Source: an uncultured Syntrophobacterales bacterium
Lineage (GTDB): Bacteria > Desulfobacterota > BSN033 > WVXP01 > G020346125
DNA: 64,000 nucleotides
Assembly: GCA_964346945.1 (NCBI GenBank)
Contig: CAYFXL010000001.1
Location: 626 to 64,625, forward strand
Direction: 5' to 3'
In this document: one piece after another, positions 1 to 9,748 of the stretch
How positions within the stretch are numbered: the stretch's first letter is position 1
Layout: each line of letters begins with the position of its first letter
Made by a program: the position numbers and the translations under genes
Notes under the pieces: model-generated
The model's database searches: none
The model's input: the letters and a program-made list of their open reading frames with translations, nothing else
Told to the model about the DNA's origin: nothing

Positions 1-41
1 TCCCCTTATTTCGGCCATGAAATATCCCCATATCCGCTTAA

Positions 42-114
42 TGGGCCCACCTGGGTTCGAACCAGGGACCTACCGGTTATGAGCCGGTGGCTCTTCCAAC
101 TGAGCTATGGGCCC
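42..114 (-). tRNA. tRNA-Met (anticodon CAT; elongator type, could alternatively be lysidine-modified tRNA-Ile2)
   Basis: 73-nt cloverleaf on the minus strand: acceptor GGGCCCA/TGGGCCC, D arm GCTC-AGTTGGAA-GAGC, anticodon arm ACCGG-CTCATAA-CCGGT, T arm CCTGG-TTCGAAC-CCAGG, discriminator A. The G1:C72 pair and the lack of a GGG/CCC anticodon stem argue against an initiator. CCA is not encoded. Confidence 0.9.
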
Positions 115-126
115 ACAATAATCTCA

Positions 127-156
127 ATACTATCGATAATTCACCTGAGCTGTCAA
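127..156 (-). promoter_or_regulatory. sigma70-type promoter for the tRNA gene
   Basis: Minus strand reads TTGACA (151-156), an 18-nt spacer, then TAGTAT (127-132). This puts the start a few nt upstream of tRNA position 1 (114). Confidence 0.5.
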
Positions 157-191
157 GCTGCTTGAGACAGAGCTCTGGGAAATCGGAAAGA

Positions 192-312
192 GAAGCTTTG
201 AGCGCGAATTAAGATTTTTCCAGTACCGATTCTTACCGATTCTTAGTGAGGCGAACTCTGGAATGCTCCGATAAATATTTTCACCAGCGATGAGCGAGTT
301 TTTCAGACCTCT
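192..312 (+). repeat. Dispersed intergenic repeat, copy A (centre deleted relative to copies B and C)
   Basis: Shares aagctttgagcgcgaattaagattttt, gattcttagtgaggcgaac and aaatattttcaccagcgatgagcgagtttttcagacctctc with copies at 53762-53936, 62023-62205 (minus strand) and 36343-36475. Confidence 0.75.
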
Positions 313-2061
313 CTAAGATTCGATGAAGCTCTTCAATCGTTTACTCCGGCTGGGGTGACGAAGTTTCCTTAAAGCCTTTGCCTCGATCTGCCTAATCCTT
401 TCCCGAGTGACGTCAAAGTCTTGGCCCACTTCTTCCAACGTATGGTCATATTTTTCTCCGATACCAAACCTCATCCTCAAAACCTTTTCCTCCCTTGCAC
501 TTAACGTGGCCAGGACTTTCTGCGTCTGTTCCACAAGATTGATACTGATCACCGATTCCGCCGGGGAAAGCCCCTGTTTATCCTCTATGAAGTCCCCAAG
601 ATGGCTATCCTCTTCCTCCCCAATGGGAGTCTCCAAGGATATCGGCTCTTTTGCGATCTTCAAGACCTTCCGCACCTTATCCAAAGGCATGTCCATTTTG
701 TGAGCGATCTCCTCCGGCGTGGGTTCCCGCCCAATCTCCTGCACCAAATATCGAGAGGTGCGAATCAGTTTGTTAATGGTCTCGATCATGTGCACCGGAA
801 TACGAATTGTCCTAGCCTGGTCGGCTATAGCGCGGGTTATGGCCTGACGAATCCACCAGGTAGCATATGTGCTGAATTTGTATCCCCTTTGATATTCGAA
901 TTTGTCCACAGCCTTCATTAACCCGATGTTACCCTCCTGGATCAAATCCAAGAATTGAAGGCCTCGATTCGTGTACTTTTTGGCAATGCTCACGACTAAT
1001 CTCAAATTCGCCTTCACCAGTTCGCTCTTGGCCTCATTGGCCTCCTCCACCCCTGCTTCAATGGCCCTCATTGCCTCTTTAAGCCTACCAGCGGAAAGCC
1101 CAGACTCCATCTCAACCAGCCTCACCTTCTTCCGAGTATTTCTCAGCAGTCTCTCCATTTCCAGGTAATCCCCGCGTTTCAGGCGGATCTTTGCCCGTAG
1201 CTCATCCTCCTTGGTTACCCCGTTTCTTTTCATCCTGAGATACGTCTTGGCCGCTCTGATGGAAATCCCCTTCTTCTTTGCATTGTCAACCAACTCCTTT
1301 TCTACCCTCTCGATACGGGCCAAGAAATCCTTCAATATTTGGACGATCCTATTGACCTGTTTCTCCCTGAGGTTAATGGCCCTAACGGCCAGAATCAGCT
1401 CCCTCATCCTCCCCTGTATCTCTTCCCTTACCCTCCTTCTCTGAATCTCATCTTTGTTTCCCTCAGATGATTCCTGAAGTAACCCCTCGATCTCCCCGTT
1501 TATCCACCTGATCCTGTTGATCGATTCCAAGATCCTCTTCCGCTGAAGCTCCTCCTCTCCAACACTGACCTCATCCTCATCGATATTTTGGGTAATTTCC
1601 TTAACGCCTATCTTACCCTCCCTCAAATCCCTTCCAAGGTGAATCAACTCCCTCAGTGCAATGGGACAATTGAGAACCACTTCGAGAATTTCCCGTTTCC
1701 CCTCCTCTATCCTCTTGGCGATATCAACTTCCCCATCCCTGGTAAGCAAGGATACCGAACCCATCTCCCTCAAATACATTCTGACGGGGTCGCTGCTTCT
1801 CCCATATGAATAGGGATCCAAGGAATCCGGCTCCTCCTCTTCTTCGAACTTACCAACCTCCTTGTTCTGGCTTACCTTCGAGGCCTCATCAACTACCTCG
1901 ATATCCATCTCGTCGATCATCATCAATACTTCATCCATTTGGTCTGACGAAATCATATCCTCGGGCAAATTATCGTTCACGTCATCGAAAGTTAAAAATC
2001 CCTTTTCCTTGCCGAGGGAAATTAACCGCTCAAATCCGTTCGATTTTCCTCCCTTGCCCAT
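313..2061 (-). CDS. rpoD: RNA polymerase primary sigma factor (sigma70)
   Basis: 582 aa. Region 2 string [38 protein letters not shown]; region 4 [28 protein letters not shown]; acidic N-terminal region. Confidence 0.97.
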   Translation of the reverse strand: MGKGGKSNGFERLISLGKEKGFLTFDDVNDNLPEDMISSDQMDEVLMMIDEMDIEVVDEASKVSQNKEVGKFEEEEEPDSLDPYSYGRSSDPVRMYLREMGSVSLLTRDGEVDIAKRIEEGKREILEVVLNCPIALRELIHLGRDLREGKIGVKEITQNIDEDEVSVGEEELQRKRILESINRIRWINGEIEGLLQESSEGNKDEIQRRRVREEIQGRMRELILAVRAINLREKQVNRIVQILKDFLARIERVEKELVDNAKKKGISIRAAKTYLRMKRNGVTKEDELRAKIRLKRGDYLEMERLLRNTRKKVRLVEMESGLSAGRLKEAMRAIEAGVEEANEAKSELVKANLRLVVSIAKKYTNRGLQFLDLIQEGNIGLMKAVDKFEYQRGYKFSTYATWWIRQAITRAIADQARTIRIPVHMIETINKLIRTSRYLVQEIGREPTPEEIAHKMDMPLDKVRKVLKIAKEPISLETPIGEEEDSHLGDFIEDKQGLSPAESVISINLVEQTQKVLATLSAREEKVLRMRFGIGEKYDHTLEEVGQDFDVTRERIRQIEAKALRKLRHPSRSKRLKSFIES

Positions 2062-2111
2062 TGGAATATCTCCTTCAGAAATTCAGCATGGAAAATCTTA
2101 GTTAAGAGGCC

Positions 2112-3905
2112 TCAATTCTTATACATCTCCATCAAATTCCTCTCCCTTGTCAAGAAATGCTGTCTTTTTTCCAAAAGTTCACCCAAGAGATCTTGGCGGT
2201 CCTCCTTTTCAGCCTCCTTTATCCTGCTCAAGAGGGCCTCTTCATCTCTCCTGAGTTTATCCATCTTAACCTTCCGAAAACAATCCCTCAGTGTCTTACC
2301 AAGGGAAGCCCCTTCAAAGGTTCCGTCCAAGAAAGCCCATTTGGAAATCCGATTCCTCAGTTCATCATCCTCAACATCAGCAAGGATATCCGGGATGGCC
2401 ACAGCGCCCTTCTCGACATAGATCTCCTTGATCGTCTTGGCTACCATCTTCAATTGTTGATTCTCGAAATCCTCGAGCACCCCATCCGCGGCTATCTCGG
2501 GAATCAGATGATTGAAACTGAGCATGATCTCCAGTATCGTCTCCTCGGTTTTCGGATACATCTTCCCGTGAATCGCCTGCTTTAGCTCTTCTCTTCTCCT
2601 CTCCCGCCTTTGGGGAAGGGTCCTTATCGCATCAAGGATGATCTCCTCCTTCAAGGCTAATCTCTCGCCCAGCTTTTTTACATAGGACTCGCGGGCGATC
2701 GGGTTTCGGATCCGCTCAAGCATGTGGAGAATTTCATCTATAGCCCTAACCTTCCCATCGGCTGAAGCAAGATCAGATTCGGAAAGAACCTCATCAATGA
2801 AAAAGTCGAAGATGGGAATGGCTTGAAGAAGCATCCCTTGGAACTCATCCCTATGCCCTCCCTGGAGGAAGCTATCAGGGTCATGCTTCCCGGGGAGCCT
2901 GACCACGTTGCATGAAATTTCCTCCTCCAAGAATAGCGGCAGGGGCCGAATGGTAGCGGCAGCTCCAGACTCATCGGAATCAAAAATGGTAATGAAATGA
3001 CTTGAGAATCTTCTTAAGAGTCGGATATGGTTTTCGGTCATTGCCGTTCCCAGGGTCGCAACGGAATGTTTATACCCGAATTGATGTAATGTCAACAGAT
3101 CCAGATAGCCCTCGACGATCAAGGCCAATCCCTTTTCCCGAATGAAACCCTTGGCCACATGCAATCCGTAGAGGCTCTGACCTTTATGGTACAATGGGGA
3201 CTCCGGGGAATTGAGGTACTTAGGTGAGTTTTCATCCAAAGACCGTCCCCCAAACCCCAAAACGTTTCCGGTAAGGTCGAAAATGGGAAAAATAATCCTT
3301 CCCCTGAAATGATCATACCATCCCCCCGTCTTCTTGGGAATGATCAGCCCCAGTTCCTGCGCCAAGTTGAGGGGAACCTTTTTGCCTTGGAGATAATTAA
3401 CCAGCCCGTCCCAGCTATAAAGGGCATACCCCAGTCGGTGTTCTTCAATCACCGCCTTTCCAATCCCCCTTTTTCTCAGATATTCTCGGGCCTTCGTTCC
3501 ATTCCTTCCAAATAAGAGGTCACGATAATAACCCATGGCCACCTGGTTGACCTTGAATAACTGCTCCTTCCGATCACTTTCCCTTTTCACGGATGGGGGA
3601 ACCCTTCTTTGGGGAACAGGCACACCGAATTTTTTCGCCAGCACCTTAACCACCTGAGGGAAGGAGAGGTTTTCGGACTTCATAACGAATCCGAAAATGT
3701 CGCCGCCTATGCCACATCCAAAGCAATGAAATACCTGCTTCGTGGTGCTGACCATAAAGGAAGGGGTCTTCTCGGGGTGAAATGGACAGAGGGCACTGTA
3801 ATTCCTTCCGGCCTTTTTCAAGGGAAGATACTCGGAGATCACCTCGACGATATCAGCCCTGCTTCTGACCTCCGCTATGACCTCATCGGGAATGTATTCC
3901 TCCAA
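2112..3905 (-). CDS. dnaG: DNA primase
   Basis: 597 aa. N-terminal zinc finger CPFHPEKTPSFMVS...FHCFGCG; TOPRIM segment LIVEGYLDLLTLHQ. Located between mutS2 and rpoD. Confidence 0.95.
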   Translation of the reverse strand: MEEYIPDEVIAEVRSRADIVEVISEYLPLKKAGRNYSALCPFHPEKTPSFMVSTTKQVFHCFGCGIGGDIFGFVMKSENLSFPQVVKVLAKKFGVPVPQRRVPPSVKRESDRKEQLFKVNQVAMGYYRDLLFGRNGTKAREYLRKRGIGKAVIEEHRLGYALYSWDGLVNYLQGKKVPLNLAQELGLIIPKKTGGWYDHFRGRIIFPIFDLTGNVLGFGGRSLDENSPKYLNSPESPLYHKGQSLYGLHVAKGFIREKGLALIVEGYLDLLTLHQFGYKHSVATLGTAMTENHIRLLRRFSSHFITIFDSDESGAAATIRPLPLFLEEEISCNVVRLPGKHDPDSFLQGGHRDEFQGMLLQAIPIFDFFIDEVLSESDLASADGKVRAIDEILHMLERIRNPIARESYVKKLGERLALKEEIILDAIRTLPQRRERRREELKQAIHGKMYPKTEETILEIMLSFNHLIPEIAADGVLEDFENQQLKMVAKTIKEIYVEKGAVAIPDILADVEDDELRNRISKWAFLDGTFEGASLGKTLRDCFRKVKMDKLRRDEEALLSRIKEAEKEDRQDLLGELLEKRQHFLTRERNLMEMYKN

Positions 3906-3936
3906 ACCAGACTCCGCTATTTAACGATTACCATGT

Positions 3937-6282
3937 TTAGCCAAACTCCACAACAGTTACCCCTGTTTTCATAACATCTTTAGGTCCAAATCGTTTCACA
4001 TTCCGATGGTGTTTCAAGTGTTCTCCGATGGCCTCTCGCAGTCTTCCAGTCCCTGTCCCGTGAACGATATCAACCACCTCCAACCCACCCAAGAGAGCAT
4101 CATCGATGAATTTGTCGACGACCGGAAGCGCTTCCTCTACCGTGAGGCCGACGACGTTGATCTCCGATCGAACTGCCATCTCAGCTGCGCCCTCGTATTT
4201 CAGCCCTTTATTCTCCGTGCTATCCTCCAGGGGCTGGGGCTCGCTCCTTTCCAGATCACGAAGAGGGACTCTTACCCTCACGTTTTCGACCTGAACATCC
4301 GCTTTCTCCATCTCGCAGTAGATCTCCCTAACGGCCCCAACGCGATTCAAGCCCAATACCCTTACCCAATCCCCTACCCTCAATCCCTCTACCTTGCCCC
4401 CCTTTTTGGTCCTGCCCCTGAATTGCTGAAGAAAGTCTTCACGAACCCGCTTCAATTCCCCCCTAGGCATCTTTACGCCATCGTCTCCCCCTTTGGCGAC
4501 CTCCTCGACGATCCGTTGCAATTCCGTTTCGGTCTGTTGAAGAATAGTTCTCCCCCTATCCTCAACCTGCTGCAAGATCTGTTGCCTCCTTTCCCTGATG
4601 CGTCCAACCATTTCACGGAACCGGTCTCGATGGCCCTCAATCTCCTTCTTGAGGTGCACTATTTCCTCCCGGTCTTTCCGCAGATCCTCCTGCAACCTCT
4701 CGATATCGCGAATGGATCGAGATGTTCCACTTCCCTGGTCGCCGAGGTATCTGGTGGCCGAATCGAGTACTACTTTTGGAAAGCCCAATTTTTCGGCAAC
4801 CACAAAGGCATTGCTCGAACCCGAATTTCCGTATATCAATTCATATCTCGGCTCCAGAGTCTCTGAGTCGAAGGCCACGGAAACATTTGTTGCCCCTTTA
4901 TTGAGGTAACCGTATGCTTTGAGCTCATCCAAATGAGTGGTCACGACCACCGTGGCCCCCCTATCGATGAGGTAATCCAATACCCCTATGCCAATGGCAG
5001 AGCCCTCCCTTGCGTTAGTCCCTGCGCCGAGTTCGTCGAGGAGGACAAGGGAGAATCGGTCCGATTTCTCCAGGATATGAATAAGGGAGAGGATATGAGC
5101 GGAAAATGTGCTCAAATTCTCCCGGATATTCTGTTCGTCCCCGATATCGGCAAAGATGGAATGATGGAGAGGGATTTCACTTCCTTCCGTGGTGGAGATG
5201 TGCATCCCGGATTGGGCCATCAGTGACAAAAGGCCAATGGTTTTCAGGGCAACGGTCTTTCCCCCCGCGTTCGCCCCGCTGATAATGAGAGCTTTGGAAT
5301 ACCCGCCCAGATGAATATCGATGGGAACAATACGATCCCCCTCCCTCATGTAGAGCAATGGGTGCCTAGCTCCTAAAAGACGAACAACCCCATTTCTGTT
5401 AACGTGCGGACTGACACCACTCAATTTTTGGCTCAATTTGACCTTAGCATGGAGAAGGTCAACTTCCCCCAATATCTCTAAATCCCGTGAGAGTTCCTGA
5501 TGATATTCCCCTATTCGCTGTGTCAACGCGGAAAGTATTCTCCTCTCCTCCTGCCTCTCATCTTCCAGTAACATGCTGAGTTCATTATTATAGTCGACGA
5601 CTTCCAGAGGCTCGAGGAAGATGGTCATTTTACTGTGTGAATGATCGTGGACAATCCCCTCCATGTGGCCTTTGAACTCAGATTTGATGGGCAACACGTA
5701 CCTGCCATTCCGGATAGTTATCAGTTGCTCCTGGAACAGGGGCTTGAGGTCCTCGCGTTTCATCATCTCTTCCAAAGACCTTTTGATCCTCTTCCTAGAG
5801 GCCGCGATATCGAACCTGATTTGTCTCAAATCCGAACTGGCATGGTCGAAAATCCTCCCCTGTCGATCAATAGTCCGAACGATCTCCGACTTGAGCCCTC
5901 TGAGGTCTGAGAACCGGGAGATCAAACCCCCATATAAAGGAAAATTTCCCTTTATCTTCTTGAAAGAGGATTTCAATCCCTCGGTGACCCTAATATTTCC
6001 CAAAATGTCGAGAATTTCCTCGGGGTCCAGAACCGCTCCTTCAATTTTAGCCCTCGCTATCGCCTCCCGGACGTCGCTAATCCCCCCCAAAGGAATTTCC
6101 CCATTAACCTCCACAATGTTCTTCAGCTCGTCGACCTCACCCAATCGCTTCTCTATCCAAGATAATTTCCTCTGAGGCCTTAGACTTCCGCAGAGGGCTT
6201 TTCCAACAGATGAAGTTGCGAATCCCTTGAGAAGGTCAAGTATTTGGTCAAACTCAAGGGCCTTGAATGGTTGGTTATCCAT
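3937..6282 (-). CDS. mutS2: Endonuclease MutS2 (MutS-family ATPase with C-terminal Smr domain)
   Basis: 781 aa. Walker A GANAGGKTVALKT; LLDELGAGTN; C-terminal Smr-like VVDIVHGTGTGRLREAIGEHLK. Confidence 0.9.
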   Translation of the reverse strand: MDNQPFKALEFDQILDLLKGFATSSVGKALCGSLRPQRKLSWIEKRLGEVDELKNIVEVNGEIPLGGISDVREAIARAKIEGAVLDPEEILDILGNIRVTEGLKSSFKKIKGNFPLYGGLISRFSDLRGLKSEIVRTIDRQGRIFDHASSDLRQIRFDIAASRKRIKRSLEEMMKREDLKPLFQEQLITIRNGRYVLPIKSEFKGHMEGIVHDHSHSKMTIFLEPLEVVDYNNELSMLLEDERQEERRILSALTQRIGEYHQELSRDLEILGEVDLLHAKVKLSQKLSGVSPHVNRNGVVRLLGARHPLLYMREGDRIVPIDIHLGGYSKALIISGANAGGKTVALKTIGLLSLMAQSGMHISTTEGSEIPLHHSIFADIGDEQNIRENLSTFSAHILSLIHILEKSDRFSLVLLDELGAGTNAREGSAIGIGVLDYLIDRGATVVVTTHLDELKAYGYLNKGATNVSVAFDSETLEPRYELIYGNSGSSNAFVVAEKLGFPKVVLDSATRYLGDQGSGTSRSIRDIERLQEDLRKDREEIVHLKKEIEGHRDRFREMVGRIRERRQQILQQVEDRGRTILQQTETELQRIVEEVAKGGDDGVKMPRGELKRVREDFLQQFRGRTKKGGKVEGLRVGDWVRVLGLNRVGAVREIYCEMEKADVQVENVRVRVPLRDLERSEPQPLEDSTENKGLKYEGAAEMAVRSEINVVGLTVEEALPVVDKFIDDALLGGLEVVDIVHGTGTGRLREAIGEHLKHHRNVKRFGPKDVMKTGVTVVEFG

Positions 6283-6362
6283 TGACCAGCTTCATGTTGA
6301 AAAGGTCAAATAAGGTAGGTTCGATGCATGTCAGATCCCCGAATTGAGGATAGACCATCTCC

Positions 6363-6809
6363 TTAGTGGGAAAGCTTATCCTTGACCATTTCATGGACTA
6401 CCTTTGCGTCGGCGCGTCCCGAAATCTTTGGCATAAGCGACTTCATGACCTTGCCTAAATCCTTCATTTCGGAGGCATTGGTCTCTTTTATCGCTTCATC
6501 TACTAACGTGAGGATCTCGTCCTTGGAGAGTTGTTGAGGTAAGAAGGACCGAAGAATTTCCAGTTCCTTTTTCTGTTTCTCTATGAGCTCTAGTCGATTG
6601 GCCTGTTGAAAATGGAACAAGGATTCTTCCCCTTTTTTGACCAAGCCACTTACAACCTTGACGATGGTGCTGTCATCGAGCTTTTTCCTTTCCTCGATTT
6701 CCTTATTTTTCACAGCTGCACGGGCCATCCTTATCACCGACAGCCTAAGCTTGTCCCCGGATTTCAGAGCGGATTTCATCTCATCCGTCAATCTTTCTTC
6801 CAATGACAT
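6363..6809 (-). CDS. GatB/YqeY domain-containing protein
   Basis: 148 aa. Typical YqeY start MSLEERLTDEMKSALKSGDKLRLSVIRM and C-terminal KDLGKVMKSLMPKISGRADAKVV. Sits next to rpsU, as in many bacteria. Confidence 0.85.
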   Translation of the reverse strand: MSLEERLTDEMKSALKSGDKLRLSVIRMARAAVKNKEIEERKKLDDSTIVKVVSGLVKKGEESLFHFQQANRLELIEKQKKELEILRSFLPQQLSKDEILTLVDEAIKETNASEMKDLGKVMKSLMPKISGRADAKVVHEMVKDKLSH

Positions 6810-6815
6810 AAAGCC

Positions 6816-7019
6816 TCATCCTCTTTCCATCATTTTTTTCATCCTTTTCAACGTCCTCTTCCTTGCCGCCAATGCCTTCCTCTTCCGCTTCACGCTCGGC
6901 TTCTCATAGTGCTCTCTCCTCCTGATCTCGGAGATGATACCCGTCTTTTCGCATTGCTTCTTGAACCTCCTCAGGGCGTTTTCAAAGGATTCATTCTCCC
7001 TAACCCTAATGCTGGACAT
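6816..7019 (-). CDS. rpsU: 30S ribosomal protein S21
   Basis: 67 aa. [45 protein letters not shown] is a canonical bS21 sequence. Confidence 0.95.
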   Translation of the reverse strand: MSSIRVRENESFENALRRFKKQCEKTGIISEIRRREHYEKPSVKRKRKALAARKRTLKRMKKMMERG

Positions 7020-7139
7020 CCATATTCTCCCTCCCCTCGTTCAAGCAATATCGAATTTCAAAGTATACCAAAAATTTCTCACTTGTCAATTCACTCGAGG
7101 AGGAAGTTCCAGACTGACCCCTCTGTTTACTGAAATTCC

Positions 7140-7168
7140 TTGAAAATTCCGCCCTTATCTTTTATTAT
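7140..7168 (+). promoter_or_regulatory. sigma70-type promoter upstream of hsp20
   Basis: TTGAAA (7140-7145), 17 nt, TATTAT (7163-7168). It is preceded by C, giving CTTGAAA, which also resembles a sigma32 -35 element. Confidence 0.45.
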
Positions 7169-7228
7169 GTAGAAAAATCATTTCTTCACTTGAAGAAATT
7201 CAAGCATTCAAGGAGGAGGAGCATATCG

Positions 7229-7693
7229 ATGGCAATCGTTAAATGGGATCCCCTTTCATGCGGCCCTTTTAGGGAATTATCGGCGATGCAGGACCGAATG
7301 AACAGGCTCTTTGAGGATGCCCTGGCCCGGACGAGGGTTATCAAGGAGGGATTGGGGGAAGGGGCTTGGGCCCCTCCCGTTGATATCTATGAGACAGGTG
7401 AGGATCTAGTGATCAAGGCCGAGCTCCCCGGAATCTCCACGGAGGATGTGAACATTAGGGTGGAAGATAACGTCTTGACCTTGAAGGGTGAGCGAAAACC
7501 AAAAGAAGGGATTGATAAGAAGAATTACCATCTCATCGAACGATCTTATGGACATTTTAGACGCTCCTTTGTTTTGCCCAACACCGTGGATCAGGAGAAG
7601 GTTGAGGCAAAGTTTAAAGATGGAGTACTATTCATCGCCATCCCCAAGTTGAAGAGGATACGGCCCAAAAAGATCGCCATCGAGATTGAGTAA
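7229..7693 (+). CDS. Hsp20/alpha-crystallin family small heat-shock protein
   Basis: Alpha-crystallin core APPVDIYETGEDLVIKAELPGISTEDVNIRVEDNVLTLKGERK...GVLFIAIPK. The ATG at 7229 has AGGAGGAGGA 8 nt upstream. The track start at 7190 is a TTG with no SD sequence. Confidence 0.9.
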   Translation: MAIVKWDPLSCGPFRELSAMQDRMNRLFEDALARTRVIKEGLGEGAWAPPVDIYETGEDLVIKAELPGISTEDVNIRVEDNVLTLKGERKPKEGIDKKNYHLIERSYGHFRRSFVLPNTVDQEKVEAKFKDGVLFIAIPKLKRIRPKKIAIEIE

Positions 7694-8053
7694 TGAGCAC
7701 CCTCCGTGACCACCTTTCATTGCAGCTTTCCCGCATTGCGGGGGGTGAGAAATGCGGGAGCCCTCCATTTTGGCATTGAACCTCCGCGAGCAGAAACCCC
7801 CGGAGGGAATTCCTGCGGTGAGAACTCCTCCCAAATGGCCCGATTTGGACGATCCCAGCGGGGCCTGATGGTCTGTTGTAGAGAAGATAGAGGCCCTTGA
7901 TGCTTTCGGTACGGTGCATTGGAGCCGAAAGAGGGACTGCGCAGGGGGCTCTTTCTACCCATTCGGTTGCGCAAGGAATCAATACGTCAACCTCTATCCC
8001 AAGCTTCAATGATAAGGCCATCCAAGTATATGTCGGAAGGGGTAGTTGAAGCG

Positions 8054-9358
8054 ATGACAAGGCATCTGAGGGAGTTGGAGAGGAAATATCGATTCCTCTT
8101 CGAAAACTCTGGAGACATGATCGTCACGTTGGATAAGAATGGAATCATTACGGGTTTCAATAGGGAGGCTGAATTAACGAGCGGTTACCATAGAAAAGAG
8201 GTTATTGGAAAATCCTTTGTCGAGGTTCTGGCGACTGAGGGAGCCAAACAAACGGAGATGAGGCAGTTGCAGAAGAAGTTAAATATCCAACAATCAAAGC
8301 CCTTTGAGGCTGTGATGAAGACTCGAAGCGGTGAAAGGAGGGATATCCTAGCCAATTCCATGAGGCTCGAGGATGAACGGGGAGAGGTTACGGGATTAAC
8401 CTGTATTTTGAGGGATGTGACGGAACGAAAGAGGGCCGAGCAGGAGACGAAGAGGGCTCAATACCTCCTTGAAAAGGTTGTGGATAACATGGCCGACGCC
8501 ATCGTAATGACCGATAGAAAGGGGTTGATCACCTTTTACAATAAGGGGGCGGCGGAAATCTTCGGGCACCATCCCTCTGATATTCTGGGGAAACCCGTCT
8601 TGGATTTTTATGTGAGAAGAAAGGACGCCAAAACGGTTAAACAGATGCTCCTCAAATCCAAGGAGGGAAAGATTAGTAATTTCGAAACCCAATTCTTCGA
8701 TCGGAATGGAAAGACGGTCTTTGTGAACATGTCGGCAACCTTGATGCTTGATGAGGAGGGAAAGGTCATCGGCACCTTAGGGATCAACAGGGATATTACC
8801 CAAAGGAAGATCCTGGAGAGGGAATTGAAAGAATCGGAGGAGCGTTACCGAACCATGGTAGAGAGCGCCCATGACATGGTAGCCATCGTCGGTGAAGACT
8901 ACCGATTGAAATACGTCAACAGAAAGGCGGAGGAATTGACCGGGTACAGCAGGAATGAATTAATCGGGATGGATTTTCGACACCTCTTGCATAAGCGAAG
9001 GCAAAGGTCCGTGCTAGATAGGTTCCGAATGAAGAAGCGGGGGAAAAGAGTTCCCGTTCGATATGAATTCGAAATAGTCCGCAATGATGGGGAGAAGAGG
9101 AGGGTAGAAAGCAGTTCTTCCAGCTTTACGGACGCCGGTGGGTCGATGAATACCATCGCCTACATCAAGGACATCACCACGAGAAAGCAATACGACGAGG
9201 CCCTGAAGGAAAAATTGGAAGAGCTGGAAAAGTGGTACAAGCTGACCGTGGACAGGGAATTGAAAATGATTGAACTGAAGAATGAGATTAGGGCCTTGGC
9301 CAATGAAATCAATGAGCTAAAACAGAGCCTCATGCCCGAAGGCGAAAGAAAGACCTAG
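8054..9358 (+). CDS. PAS-domain sensor protein (three PAS/PAC repeats, C-terminal coiled coil, no recognisable output domain)
   Basis: Three repeats of the pattern FENSGDMIVTLD.., VDNMADAIVMTDRKG.., VESAHDMVAIVGEDY.., each followed by RDITERK/QRK. The start is uncertain (8009, 8030 or 8054). The track start at 7919 lies in a GC-rich spacer. Confidence 0.75.
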   Translation: MTRHLRELERKYRFLFENSGDMIVTLDKNGIITGFNREAELTSGYHRKEVIGKSFVEVLATEGAKQTEMRQLQKKLNIQQSKPFEAVMKTRSGERRDILANSMRLEDERGEVTGLTCILRDVTERKRAEQETKRAQYLLEKVVDNMADAIVMTDRKGLITFYNKGAAEIFGHHPSDILGKPVLDFYVRRKDAKTVKQMLLKSKEGKISNFETQFFDRNGKTVFVNMSATLMLDEEGKVIGTLGINRDITQRKILERELKESEERYRTMVESAHDMVAIVGEDYRLKYVNRKAEELTGYSRNELIGMDFRHLLHKRRQRSVLDRFRMKKRGKRVPVRYEFEIVRNDGEKRRVESSSSSFTDAGGSMNTIAYIKDITTRKQYDEALKEKLEELEKWYKLTVDRELKMIELKNEIRALANEINELKQSLMPEGERKT

Positions 9359-9397
9359 TATACCCAAGAAGAATAACGCATGGCATGAGGAATTAAA

Positions 9398-9652
9398 TCA
9401 CTTATCCTTTTTTCCCCCACCATATCCCTCTTTGAAGCCCTCAATGACCTCCTTGGACAGGTCCTTTGTGGCCTCGAAGATCCTCCGAAGGCCTTCCCTC
9501 AATTTCTTTTCCGCCTCTTCCGCTCTTTCGGATCTCTCTTTTTTCTCCCTAACCATGGCTCTTAAATATTGATTATAGAGTGACCCTTCGTCCATGTCAA
9601 CGGTCTCGAGGATCCGAGGCACGTAATTAATTTCCCATGGGTATACCATCAA
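9398..9652 (-). CDS. Hypothetical small charged protein (84 aa)
   Basis: An ORF with normal composition and no competing ORF. No family recognised. Confidence 0.45.
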   Translation of the reverse strand: MMVYPWEINYVPRILETVDMDEGSLYNQYLRAMVREKKERSERAEEAEKKLREGLRRIFEATKDLSKEVIEGFKEGYGGGKKDK

Positions 9653-9710
9653 TCAGCCTACGGGATAAGCGCGTTCTCCAGAAGCGAAAGAAAATCCATT
9701 TTCGGCAAAT

Positions 9711-9739
9711 TTGACAATTACGTAAAAATAGGGTATTAA
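9711..9739 (+). promoter_or_regulatory. sigma70-type promoter of the MerR-family gene, with the palindrome TTACGTAA in the spacer
   Basis: TTGACA (9711-9716), 17 nt, TATTAA (9734-9739). The -10 element ends 9 nt before the ATG at 9749. Confidence 0.5.
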
Positions 9740-9748
9740 TTTCTCAAA

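Noticed and set aside
7632-8060. ORFs of 142, 85, 68 and 64 aa in the hsp20-PAS spacer.
   Set aside because: They have Arg/Gly/Pro/Ser-rich composition, mutually overlapping frames on both strands, and no SD. The region is better explained as GC-rich structured non-coding sequence.
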